Source: the human T2T-CHM13v2.0 reference genome, Homo sapiens. Taken from it: a DNA stretch of 64,000 nt. The stretch lies in assembly GCF_009914755.1 (NCBI RefSeq), contig NC_060927.1, one strand, 5' to 3'. The number at the start of each line of letters is the position of its first letter. Positions within the stretch are counted from its first letter, which is position 1. Positions 33,905 through 48,740 of this stretch are shown piece after piece. The notes beneath the pieces were generated by a model that worked only from the letters and a program-made list of their open reading frames with translations, did no database searches and was not told the DNA's origin. The translations under genes were made by a program, and so were the position numbers.

Positions 33905-34095
33905 CTGGGGGCTGATTAGATGCTGGAATGATGGGGGACGAGTCACCAGGGACTGAGGTGGCTGATTGGATGCTGGAGTGATAGGGAGGAGTTACTGTGG
34001 GCTGTGGTGACTGATTGGATGGTGGCACAAGGTGGGAGGAGTCATCATGGGCTGTGATGGCTGATTGGATGGTGGAGTGATGGGGGAGGAGTCCA
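33905..34095. repeat. Imperfect tandem repeat, about 50-bp unit x4, each with CTGATT(G/A)G
   Basis: ctgatt(a/g)gatg at 33912, 33962, 34011 and 34061. Confidence 0.85.
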
Positions 34096-34429
34096 GTCAG
34101 CCCCCAGTGTTCTGGCTTGAGCGTCTGAGTTATTGATTGAGTCCTTCTTGAGGATGGGGAACAGCGACCGGAACGGACCCTGTTATCTTCAGATTCACAT
34201 CCTCCACGCCTGGCACATAGCAGGCCATCTGTAAAGGTACTGAGGTACTAAGTTGTCCTCTTGAGTGAGGCCACTGATACACTTTCTTTTGTTATGGCGG
34301 GAGAGTATCTGGTGCTCTGGCTGAGGAACTAAGGTCCCTACCAGCCCAAAAGGAGCCCCAGTGTAAATTAGAAAAAGGCAGTACCCAGAGAATGGGAGAA
34401 AATATTTGCAACTCATATAGTACACCTGA

Positions 34430-34761
<332 letters not shown>

Positions 34762-35144
34762 CTAAACAAGGAACTCTTACAACTCAACACACACACACAA
34801 AAAACAACCCAGCCAAAAAATGGGTAAAGGACTTGAACAGACATTTCTCCAAAGATATACAGATGGCCAGCCACAATGAGGTACCACTTCACACTCACTA
34901 GGAGGGCTATAAGAAAATGGACAATAACAAATGTTGGCAAGGATGTGAAGACATTGGAGCCCTCAAACATTTCTAGATGGAATGTACCACGGTGCAGTTA
35001 CTTTGGAAAACAGTTTGGCAAGTTCCTCAAAAAGTTAATCGTGGGATTACCATATGATCCAACAAGACCATCCCCTGGTATATACCCAGAAAAATGGAAA
35101 ACATCTGTTCACACAAAAACTTGTACAAGAATGTTCATAGCTGA

Positions 35145-36043
<899 letters not shown>

Positions 36044-37767
36044 TAACCCATATGTCCATCAACTCATGAAGGGATACACAAATTGTGGAATATTCACACA
36101 ATGCGATATTATCGAGCCATAAAAGGGAATGAAGTACAGACACATACCACAACATGGGTAAAACTTGAAAAGTTTTAATGCCAAATGAAAGAAGACAGTC
36201 ACAGAAGACAGCAAATTATAGAACTCCATTCATATGAAAGTTCAGATTCATGGTCGCCAAGAGATGGGGAAAGGGGGGGAATTAGGAGTTATGGAGTTGT
36301 TTTTTGGGATGATGGAAATGTTCCGAAAACTGCTAGTGGTGATGGTTGCACAACATTGTGACTATACTAAAAGCACTGAACTTTATACTTTAAAGTGGTT
36401 TAAATGGTAGATTCTATGTTATGTGAATTTTAGCTCATAAAAAAAATTTTTTTTTAAAGAAAAGAAATAGGAAGCATTCCTTCTGGGCAGGTGCAGCCTT
36501 GCAGGCACATGGCTTAGTAAACAAAGGGCCGTCCGGATTTCAGTCCCTTTTGGCCTAGTGCCCATGTACAGTGAACGACCCGCGCAGCTGTTCTTAGCTG
36601 CCCTGCGATGGGACATAAAAGCTTCTGCCCACATTTGGACCTCTATCCACCCCATCTGACAGAGAGAAGTAGTGAAGATTGAATGCATTTGCTAAGGCTG
36701 GATGAAACCCCGCCCCTCCCCCAAGGAGAACTAAATCACAGGAATGATTTTCACCCAAGAAGCAAAATAAGCGCCTTCCTCCCTCCTTAGGCGTGGCAGT
36801 TGACTTTGGCCCCAATACCAAGACCTCTCATTCTGCACACACCCTCCAGCTGCAATTCCACCTAACACACCAAGGCTCTTCCACACACCCAGGCTTTCTC
36901 ATTCTTTCCACTCCAGCTATGTTCACCTCTTTGCCCTCGTACACCCTGGGAGCCCCTAGGGACTCACTCTGTTTCCTCTCAAACCCTCCCAGGCACCATC
37001 CTCTCCCCGAAGCCACTTCCCCATTCTCAGAACCCTGCTCGCGGGTGACCTCTTCCTGAAACCTCCCTCAGAGGAGCCCTGCCTACCTCCTGTCATACCC
37101 TTAGCACTTGTAAAACACCCAGTTACTGGGTTTTACCTGAACTCTGCCACTTCTAGGCTGCTTGGCTCTGCAAGAATCACACAACTTCCCTGACCTCAGT
37201 GTCCCCATCTGTAAAGTGTACAGGGCCACGCTTACCTGCCAGGTGTGATTCCATGGAATTAGGGATGTATAAGGCTTTGTAAGTGCAAAGTGCCAAGCCC
37301 TTAAGATGGGTTGTTGCTTTTCATTATTACTGTACAGGCCCGTGTGTGTTTCTGTGCAGAGAAATACCACACATTATGCATAAGCATCTGAACTTTCTCC
37401 CCTTGATTAAGCAGGTGCTCAAGGGCAGGGAAGGTGTTTGTTGCCTTTGGAGTGTACCCTCTGTCATCCCAAGCTATGAGGCCCAAGTAGAAGCCAGAAT
37501 CCAAAATTCCTCTCCCCATCCTGGGATCCCAGGGCCATATTTTGCCTAGAGTCATAGGTTTTTGAGCTTCTGTCTCTCAGATCTGACCATAAAATCCTTA
37601 AGGTCAGGGACTCTGCAGGGAAGAGACTTCACTCATTCTGAACCTCAGTTTCTTTGTCTGTAAAATGGGGATAATAAACTTACCTATCTCACAGCATTAC
37701 TGGAAGGGTTAAATGAAAAATCACACACTATGCTCCCAATAAACGTCAGTAATGAATACAAGGGTGA

Positions 37768-38285
37768 TGTATTTATTATCTGTTGCTGCATAATGAATCA
37801 CCCCAACATGTAGTGGCTTAAAACAACAATAATAATTTATTGTCTTTTATAATTTGGGGGGTCAGGATTTCAGGAGCAGCTTAGCTGGGCAGTTTTAGCC
37901 TGCTATCTCTCATGAGGCTGGGGCTTCAGTCATCTGAAGGCTTGACTTGGCTGGAGGATCCACTTCCAATTGGTTCACTCACATGTCCCAAGTTGATGCT
38001 GGCTGTTGGTGGGAGGCATTGGTTCTCCTTCAAAAGAGCCTCTCCACAGAGCTTCTTGAGTGTCCTCACAACATGGCAGCTGGCTTCCCCCAGTAGGTGA
38101 TATAAGAGACCAAAGTGGAAGCCACACTATCTTTCATGATCTAGATAGAGAAGTCACATACTGTCACTTCTGCAGTATTCTATTGGTCATGGAAATCAGC
38201 CCTAATTCAGTGTGGGTTACCCAAGAACATGAATACCAGAAAGTGTCAGGGCCATCCTGGACACAAGCTATCCTAGATGATGCTA
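37768..38285 (-). mobile_element. MLT1-type MaLR LTR
   Basis: tgtatttattatctgttgctgc...tagtggcttaaaacaac start; aagtcacatactgtcacttctgc. Confidence 0.7.
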
Positions 38286-39075
38286 TGTACATTCTTCATG
38301 TGTGATCACGTGTAGGGCAACTAGAAAGTGACATAGCCAAGATTTGAATTCATGTCTGCCTAGCTCCTGTTCCCAGCTCTTAACACTGCCCTGTGTTGGC
38401 ACCCACTATCTTCATGCAAACAAAATCTTACTCTTTCAACAAGCCTTGTCTGAGCACCAACTGTACTAGATATGGGTAATGCCCTCTGCCCTCAAGGACC
38501 CCTTGGTCTACAAGGTATGTGGGTAGCAGAGCTAGACCAGGTCCCAAGTTCCCTGGCTTCTAGTTCACTGCTCTTTCTACCCTGGCATATGCAACAGAGG
38601 GAAAATCACCAAAGACTGGCAGCCCCTTTGGCAGAAACGGGTGGAAGAGAATTACAGAAAATGAACTGACCTTAGAGGCAGGAGTCCTGGAGCCTAGGTC
38701 TGTCTCTGACATTGATTTGTAGGACACCTTTGACAAGTCCCTTCTCTTCTCTGGGCCCAGCTGCCTTATTTGCAGAATTGCCTAAGGACCTTGCCTATGC
38801 AGATAGTTCATTCAATTACCATTCATTGAGGACCTACTCTGGGCCAGTTACTGCTCTAAGTGCTGGGGGTACAGTGAGGAAAAAGACAGAAACCCTGTGT
38901 TTGAGTCACTCACATTCAAATGGAGGCTTAGACACAATAAATAAGTAAACAAAGAAAAAAGACAATCAGAGATAGCAATGAGGACTAAGAAGGCCAAGTG
39001 ATAAGCAGGAGCACTACCCTTACCCAGGAAAGTCTTCTCCAACGAGCCACAAGTGAGCAAAGACTGAATGATGAA

Positions 39076-39604
<529 letters not shown>

Positions 39605-40339
39605 CTAAGTGGGGTGTTTCTAAGTGGGGTGCTTCTAAGTTGCTTCTAAGTGGGGTGAGAAGCCTCTGGAGGGTTTTTAGTAAGAGTGATCTGATGTGTG
39701 TCCACAGGGCCCTCAACCTGCTGTGTGGAGAGTGGGCTGCAGAAGGCAAGGGTCTTGGTTCTTTTTGGTCAAGACCTCCAGATGTCCCAGCCTGAGAAGG
39801 CTTGTATGACTTGGGGCAGGAGAAGGGAGGGACATTACCACCCTGTATTACTGGGACAGTTCACCAGTCCCTGAGCTCACCATCTATCCAACTCCTGAGC
39901 AAGCTGATGGGAAAAACAACATGGAGCTCTGACCCTGGAAGCGATTCCTTAAATTCCCCACGAAGTTTTCCCAAACATCCCTGGAACTTCCAGATGCCTA
40001 TTCTAGTCCGCAGGTTCATTGGTTGGGTTAATCCAAACTCACCCTGGCATTCCAGGCCTGCCTGGTCTAACCCCTCCAGTCTCCCTTGTAGAGGAGTAGA
40101 TGAATGGTGACCCCTGGTCTGACCCCTGCAGATGAGTCTGCCTGGTAGACTCATCTCCCCCACATTCTCCAGTGTGGTCAGGCCAACCTGACTACCCACC
40201 ATCCCCTGAGTGTTTCCTTTTCTTTCCTGCCTCCAAGGGTTTGCTCGTGCTGTTCTCTCCTCCTGAAACACATCCTCCCCCTTCAAGCCGGATCTTTTTT
40301 AGGTATCTTCAAGCTCCATCCCAAAATGCATGTCCTCCA

Positions 40340-40781
40340 TGAAAAGACATTTTTCAAAAGATATACAAGTGGCCAAAAAAATATAAAAAAATGCTTAACA
40401 TCACTAATCATCAGAGAAATGCAAATTGAAACTATAATGAGATGTCATCTTACACCAGTCAGAACGGCTATTGCTAAAAAGTCAAAAACCAACAGATGAT
40501 GGTAGGGATGCAGAAAAAGGGGACCACTTACACAGTGTTGGTGGGAATGTAAATCAGTACAACCTCTATGGAAACCAGTATGGAGATTTCTCAAAGAACT
40601 AAAAATAGAACTACCCTTTGATCCAGCAATCTCACTACTGAGTATCTACTCAGAGGAAAATAAATTGTTGTATCAAAAAGACACCTGCACGCGTATGTTT
40701 ATTGCAGCACTATTCACAACAACAAAATCATAGAATCAAACTAAGTGTCCATCAATGGAAAATTGGTCTAAAAATGTGATA

Positions 40782-40821
<40 letters not shown>

Positions 40822-41545
40822 TCTATATGTGTATATATACATATAGACATACATCTATAGGTATATATACATATAGACATATAGACATACGTCTATAGGT
40901 ATATATACCTATAGACGTATAGACATACGTCTATAGGTATATATACCTATAGACGTATAGACATACGTCTATAGGTATATATACCTATAGACGTATAGAC
41001 ATACGTCTATAGGTATATATACCTATAGACGTATAGACATACGTCTATAGGTATATATACCTATAGACGTATAGACATACGTCTATAGGTATATATACCT
41101 ATAGACGTATAGACATACGTCTATAGGTATATATACCTATAGACGTATAGACATACGTCTATAGGTATATATACCTATAGACGTATAGACATACGTCTAT
41201 AGGTATATATACCTATAGACGTATAGACATACGTCTATAGGTATATATACCTATAGACGTATAGACATACGTCTATAGGTATATATACCTATAGACGTAT
41301 AGACATACGTCTATAGGTATATATACCTATAGACGTATAGACATACGTCTATAGGTATATATACATATAGACGTATAGACATACGTCTATAGGTATATAT
41401 ACATATAGACATATATATACACACACACACACGCCACACACATACATACACATCATGGAATACTACTCAGCCATGGCAAAGAATAAAATCGTGTCTTTTG
41501 CAGCAACTTCAAGCTGGAACCAGAAGCCATTATCATATGTCCTAC
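40340..41545 (+). mobile_element. L1PB/L1MA ORF2 3' fragment hosting the palindromic VNTR
   Basis: aacatcactaatcatcagagaaatgcaaa...aaaatgtg [repeat] catggaatactactcagcc. Confidence 0.85.
40845..41414. repeat. 38-bp minisatellite: 12 identical units plus 3 variant edge units; unit = AGAC + perfect 34-bp palindrome
   Basis: (AGAC ATACGTCTATAGGTATATATACCTATAGACGTAT)12 at 40883-41338. Confidence 0.97.
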
Positions 41546-41716
41546 AGCCCAGAGATGGGGTCATCACCACTTTAGCTACATAGCCTGAGAACAGGGAGGA
41601 GCAGGTCTTCCTGGGACAAACACAGTTCTGACTAAAGCAAAAGCAGAAGCAGGAGCCAAAGAGAGAAAAACAACATCTGGCCAACCACGACAACACTTAT
41701 AAATGTAGCTCTTCCT

Positions 41717-41830
41717 GAATTGCTTGAACCCAGGAGGCAGAGGTTGCAGTGAGCCGAGATCACGCCACTGCACTCCAGCCTGGGTGACAGAGTGAGACTC
41801 CATCTCAAAAAATATATAATAAATAAATAA
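41717..41830 (+). mobile_element. 5'-truncated Alu (3' part of the right arm only)
   Basis: Perfect 18-bp TSD ataaatgtagctcttcct (41699-41716 / 41831-41848). Confidence 0.92.
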
Positions 41831-42519
41831 ATAAATGTAGCTCTTCCTATCTTTTTCTCAGTAAATAGCTCCACCTTGCCATGAAAGGCAAGAACCCATG
41901 AGTTTCCTTAACGATTTCCTCTCCTGTCCCGCTATACTGCTGGTTACCAAAGTCTTCCTCCTAAGTATCTCTGGAAGCTCTTCTCCCAGCCCCAATCCCC
42001 ATGGCCGCTGCGCTAGTTCAGGCCCCATACCCCATCTGTGGATTACTGCAACCACCTCTAAACCACCTTCCTCCCTTCCTCCAGAGTGGCCTCCTTAAAG
42101 TCCAACTCCAATCACAACTCTGCGGGGCCTCCCTTGGGCCTCCCTTTGGCTTGTGAGCTGTCAGATCTGACTCCCATTGACATCTGTGGCTTCGTCGTTT
42201 TGTCCCTTCCCCACACCCTCCTTCTCTCAGTCAACTTCTCTTGGGATGCTGTGAGTGCCCTTGCATGCTGTTTCCTTGAGCCTGGAATGCCCTTAGCCTT
42301 CTCTTTGTTTGACTTTCAGTACAGGTCCTTCAATGTTTAGCTGTCACCTCCCACAAGAAACCCTCCTTGAGTGTCTCTCTGTCCCTACTGCACCCCACAC
42401 ACAGTGTGTCTAATGCCTTTTCCAGGCTCTCATAGTGGGGCTGCCTGCTTGCCTCTATATCTCATCTAAGGTGAGATATTGTTTTTGAAATGTTTGCCTC
42501 TGTGTTTTTTTAAGGAAAA

Positions 42520-43190
42520 TGAGATTTTTTAAATTGAGGGACAATTTGCATATGGTAAAATGTACAAATAATAAATGTAAAGTTCAATGAATTTTTGCCT
42601 GTCTATACATCTGTGTAACCATCCCAAAGATCAAAGTATAGAATTTTTCCAGAACTCCCTTCTCAGTCAGTAACAGTACCCCTCCTTCTCCTCCAGAGGT
42701 AACCACTTCTAAAATCATAGATCAATTTTACTAATTATTTAGATAACTCTTCATATGAATAGAATGATATGTTTACTTTTTTGTGTTTATAATTATCAAA
42801 GTAGTGACTTTTACTTTCTTTCATGTTGTTGTAGGCAGTAATAGTTCATCTACCTCATTGCTGTAGAGTATCCCACAGTATGAATTTATTCAGGCTTCTA
42901 TTGGTGAATATTTAGGTTGTTTCCAGTTTGGGCTATTATCAACAATGCTGTTCTGATTTATGTGCAGTCTTTTGTGGGTATATATTTTCATTGCTCTTGG
43001 AGACGTGACTCAGAGTGGAATTTCTGGATCATAGGGTAGATTTATGTTTATTAAAGTTGCCAAGGAGTTTTCCAAGGGATCGGTATCATTTTGCATTCCC
43101 ATCAGTCACGTATGAGTTCCAGTGGTTCCACATCCTGTCCTACTTGACAACTTGATGTTGTCAGTCTTTCATATTTCATCCATTCTGGAG
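42520..43190 (-). mobile_element. Old L1ME-type 3' end
   Basis: ttttaaattgagg...ggttgtttccagtttggggctatt antisense L1 3'UTR text. Confidence 0.7.
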
Positions 43191-44411
43191 GAGACATGGA
43201 AGGAGGTCATTGGGGTTAATTTTCATTCTTGATGATTTCTGTTACCCAGGAGACTTACCTCCCCCTGTTTTAGGCTATTGTCTTGAGGCTACTGTCCTTT
43301 TCTGGCTTTGTAGAAAAAGAAAAACCAGAGTCTTTTCCAGGCTTTTGAGTTTCAAAAGTCTAGCATCTCAGGGGCAACAAGAAAAGGATCTTGTGCATTG
43401 ATGAGATGGTCCCTATGGGGAAATGCAAGGGATTTAGGAGCAAGGCTGTGCCCCACTGAAACTAAAGAAGTGTTTCCAGACAAGAATGAGGGAGAGAGCT
43501 GGAGCATCCACAAGGGATGGGGGTAGGGTACAGGTCCCTGAGGTAGGAGGCACTTGAACCTGCTCCTTCTCTAGGCATGGTCCTGAGCTTGGAGACAGAC
43601 ACCAGAATTCCCAAAGGAGTCTGAAAAAATTAAATGTAGAAAGCACCTCAGCACTTCCTAGGCGGACACTCTAGAGGAGAAACGAATGGGTGTTTGGGGG
43701 TGGGCAGAAGAACCTCATATGTCTACCAGAATTCTCTGTGTCCTGGCAGCCATGGCAGCTAAGCAAAAGTTTCTGTGCACTTGAAAGGGGCTCTGGAAGA
43801 AGCTAAGAGAGGAAATGAGACTTAAGAACAAGGGACAACTCAGCAGTGACCTGTGTGGATGGGTGGCCCCTCCTCAGATAGGAATGAAGATGTGTCAACA
43901 AATGTCAGTGTGGATAAGTAATGATAAACCCCAAAGAAGTAGGAAAAACTTGACTTGCCAAAGGTTAAGATTTCCTCGCGTGTGATGGAAGATCTTAGCA
44001 GAGACTGAGTTCACTTACCAGGAAAGTTACCGTTCTCACTCACCTGAGTTTGCAGACTGAAATTTGACCACAGTCCCACTTTTCACACTGTACTATGCTT
44101 ATTTGTTTTCCTTTCCTCTTCTTGAGACTCAAGGGCAGGGATAAGGTCTGATTCTTCCTGGAATCGGCAACCTCCTGACCCAGGGCCTGCCACAGAGTAG
44201 GGACTTGATGAAGATTTGTTAAATATTGTTTGTAAGCCCCTTAAAGAAAGGGAGAGAAAGAACCACATGGTTGAGCACCCACTACATCTAGAGTCCTGTA
44301 CCTTTTAATACACATTGGCTGCTCTATGAGATAGGACTATGAACATCCCACTTTATAGATAAGCACATGACAGTCAGTATTTACTCATTTACTAAGCACC
44401 CACAATATGCC

Positions 44412-44596
44412 ATGAAGAGGGCAAGGATCTGCCCTCAAGATATTCCAGTTGAGGAGAAAGATATCCAAATAAGCTACCTCAGCTATGATATGAGGTCAAT
44501 ACTAAAACAACGATGTGACAAGACTGTGATCCCATTCCAGTAGGTGTAGAAAAAAAAAAGACTGGTTTGCCTCTTAATAACCGTTCCCTCAATATC
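44412..44596 (-). repeat. Inverted duplicate of 45709-45910, inserted in a MIR
   Basis: Reverse-complement match read by eye (e.g. caagactgtgatcccattccag / ctggaatgggatcacagtcttg). Confidence 0.9.
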
Positions 44597-44836
44597 ATTG
44601 TTCTAGGCACTTTACATGTATTAACTCGTAAGATCCTCACTACACCCAGATGAAGCTGATACTATTATTATCCCCATTTTACAGATGGAGAAATTGATGT
44701 GTAGAGTGGTGAAGTGACTTTCTAAATATCATGATGGACTTTAGGCCCAGGCTGTTTGATTCTAATGCCCATGTTCCTCATTCCAGCCCTGTTTCCACGC
44801 TCCCTGCCTGGTCCACTCTGTTTGAAACTCTCTTCT

Positions 44837-45154
<318 letters not shown>

Positions 45155-48100
45155 TCAATCCTGCCCATCTCACTGATTAACTCTTCACAACCTTCACATC
45201 ACCTCTGACTTCCTCAATGCCCAAGAGTGGGAGATATTCACTCCTCCCTACCTTCACCACTGTTCCCATAGCATTTTATTTTTAGGATTCATATAAGTTA
45301 GGATCAGGTTTATCTGCATGTAAGAGAATATCCAAAACACCAGTAACATATGCAAGATAGAAGTGTCTTTATCATGTAAAAAAAAAGTATGGAAATAGAC
45401 AACCCAGGGCTAATATAGCAGCTCCATGGTGTCAGCGACTGAGGTTATTTCATATTGCTGCTCCATCATCCCAGTACATGGTTCCTTTCCAAGGTGACAC
45501 GAATGTGACTCAAAATGGCTACCGAAGCTCCAGGCATTACATCTACGTTCCAAGCAGCAGAAAAAAAGAAAGAAGAGTTTCCTTGTTCCGTTTACAGAGA
45601 TTTCCCAGAAATCATCACAACACTTCCCCTCAGATCTCCTTGGCCAGAATTTGGTCACGTGGCTGCACCTTGCTACAAGGGAGGCTGGGAAATATAATAT
45701 TTTAGTTGGATATTGAGAGAATAGTTATTAAGAGACAAACCACAGTCTTTTTTTTTTTTTTTTTTTTTTTTGCTACACCAGCTGGAATGGGATCACAGTC
45801 TTGTCACATCATTATTTTAGCACTGATCTCATATCATAGCTGAGGTAGCTTATTTGAATCTCTTTCTCCTCAACTGGAATATCTTGAGGGCAGATGCTTG
45901 TCCTCTTCATCCTCATATCCCAAAGGCTAGCACAAGTTGTAGACACTTGAGATAGAGTGACTAGGTGTTATGTTGCTTTGCATGCTCTGTGGTCAATAGC
46001 ACGGTTCTCTGCCCACAGCAGGCCTCCGCAAATTGTTCAACTGAAATAAATTTAAATGTTCTTGACCTCAGTTTCCCCATTTGTAACACAGGTATAAATG
46101 GCCACAAAGGTCAACCCCGTTTGGGTATTCTTAGTATCTATTATATAAAAGGTGCAATCTATAGATATATATTTTTAAAAACCAGCCAGAGATAGCCACT
46201 GTGTATAGCTTTTGCTCTTTCTCTATTTCTTCTGCATAAACATATATACATGCTTTGCATATAAATAGAAGCCCACTGTACATACCTTTTTATAATCAGC
46301 CATTTTCACTTAATAACACAGGAAGAGACTTTTGCTTTTGCCTATGAAAAAACTAGCTTGTGAAGATCAATCTTCTCCATAAACAATTAGAAAACCTGGG
46401 TAGAATTGTTCAAAGAAAATAAAAATCTGTTAGAAGGCACGAAAGAGCTATCCAGGAAGCCAGAACTTGAGGGATCAAGATCTCAGGGTGAAGAGAAATG
46501 AATGGAGCAGGGGCCTGACATTCTATGTGCTCTTTTCCATGAATTTGCCAATTCATAAAGAGCTAAACGGAGAGACTGAGAAGCTGAGAAGAAACCAAAT
46601 GCTAAGAAGCAGAGAAGCTGAGCAGAACTTTCAGCAGTCTCACAGGACCGCAAAGACAAACAGAATTTATGCTGAACACATTTCTGAGCCATTACATGTT
46701 CTCCTACAGCGTATATGAACGTTCACTAAAGCTCAAAGACTGTATCCATACAGAGAATTCCTGGAAAGAACTCCAGAAATAATGAAACCAAACATCTAGC
46801 AATAGAAACCCAGAGACACTGAGTGACTTGCCTAGGACCACAGAGCCAATTGGTCCAGCCTCCTGGTCCAGTCTCCTGATCTAGCCTTCACTCACTGCAG
46901 TGCTCTGCAGCTGTGGCTTCTGCTCCCAGCATTCACCTCCCCATTCCTCCCCACACATCCTTGCCAGAGAGAAAGATCAACTTAATTTCACTTCTCATTG
47001 TGATCTTTTAATAAATGAAAGTGCCTTTCTGAAAGGAAATCAAACACAAATCCTTTTATAAAAATTACTGGTCATTTTTTCTAATTGCCAAAGTAATACA
47101 AATTTGCTAAAGAAATGTTAGAAAATACAGATAAGTAAAAGCAAGTGGAAACCACAGCTCTGGAGCTGAAATAGGGCCAAGTTGAAAATGGTCCATTTTG
47201 ATCACTCTAAATAACATGCTGGCCCCTTGGCCACTTTGGTCCTGAAGGATGCACTTTGACTCTCACAAAGTAAGCAGGAAACAAATCAAGAGAAGGGCCA
47301 TCCTGCCCACTTGGGGCGGCTGCATGAGAAAGAGCCATTTGGATTTCTCAGCACCCAGAGGGTGCAGTCCCCAGAGGAGACGGCTGACTCCATGATGCGA
47401 TGGGTGGGGAGCTGGACCGGGCTCCCTGCCCGGACATCTCCGTCCACAGCTTGTTGCACAGCCTGGGAGCCCAACGTAGTGACACTCATTTCTTCTGGAC
47501 CTTAAGGGCTTTGTGATTTTCCCATCTCCTCTGTGCAAATGCAAAGATGACTCCCTTGGTTAGTGGAGGATTTAAAGTTATCAGTGAAGACTTTAACTGG
47601 AACTTGTTTCAGAGTTGGGGGACATGGGTTCTGTGGCTAATTAACTGGGCAACTTGGGCAAGTAACTTCCTCTCCCCAGGCCTTCCTCTCCCCGGGCCTT
47701 CCTCGATTTCCCCATGTGAACAAGGAAGCAGTTGGGCTGGATTTGGTTAGCCACGATTCCTGTTTCCTAGAGGAGGGAAGAAGGAAGGGGATTTGGTTAC
47801 CGAGCATCTACCAGAGCCAAGCACTGTGCTGAGCACTTTGCCTGCATGAGCTTATCTAATCCTGACAACAGCACTGTGAGGGAGAGGACATCTGTGTTCT
47901 TGCCTCTCCAGGACCCCTGTTATCCTGCTAATAGCACCTCGATTGTCTTTTAAGGAACCATCTCTCACCCACTCCTAGTTCCAGTGGCCTACAGCGGGCT
48001 GACTCTACTCCTTGACTTCAGATACAGGCATGTGACTCAGGCTTAGCCAACCAAAACAACTGTAACGGTTTCAGGACTGGGTATGTGATCCAGGCCAAGC

Positions 48101-48427
48101 CAATTGGAGTCAACCCTGGGATTTTTGCTGGAAATATTTGGAAAGACGTGATCTCTTTGCCTTGAGGTTGTTTAGCCATTTCCACCTCCCTATGGAAAGA
48201 GCCAGCCTGCTAATAAAAGTGGCACATATGTATAAAATAAAGCTGACAGAAAAGAAAACAGAGTCAAGACAGAGGGAGACAGATTTATGACAATTACCTT
48301 TGAGCCTCTGAAGCATCTGAATCCAGGCCTACTTCCTAAACGTTTTCATTCAAGAACACTTTATAGCCAAAGCCATTTATAATTGGGTTTAAGTTACCTG
48401 CAATCAAAAGAAACATCATGAAAATTC

Positions 48428-48740
48428 CTTTTTTGGGGGGGCGGTGGTGGTGGGTACAGGGTCTTGGTCTGTGGTCCAGGCTGAAATGAAGTGTTCAATC
48501 ATAGCTCACTGCAGCCTTGATCCCCTGGGTTCAAGCAATCCTCCCTCCTGAGCCTCCTGAGTAGCTGGGACTACAGGCGCACACTGCCATGCCCAGCTAA
48601 TTTATTTATTTTTTGTAGAGACAAGGTCTCCTCCCCGTGTTTCCCAGGCTAGTCTCAAACTCCTGAGCTCAAGTGATCCTCCCACCTTGGCCTCCCCAAT
48701 CCTACCTGGGGATTACAGGGGCGAGCCACCATGCCCGGCC
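48428..48740 (-). mobile_element. AluJ-like with a G-rich altered tail
   Basis: Diverged dimer; TSD catca(tg/ct)aaaattc. Confidence 0.8.

Noticed and set aside
40845-41414. CRISPR-like array of palindromic repeats
   Set aside because: No unique spacers (constant AGAC), no cas genes, and a eukaryotic L1 context
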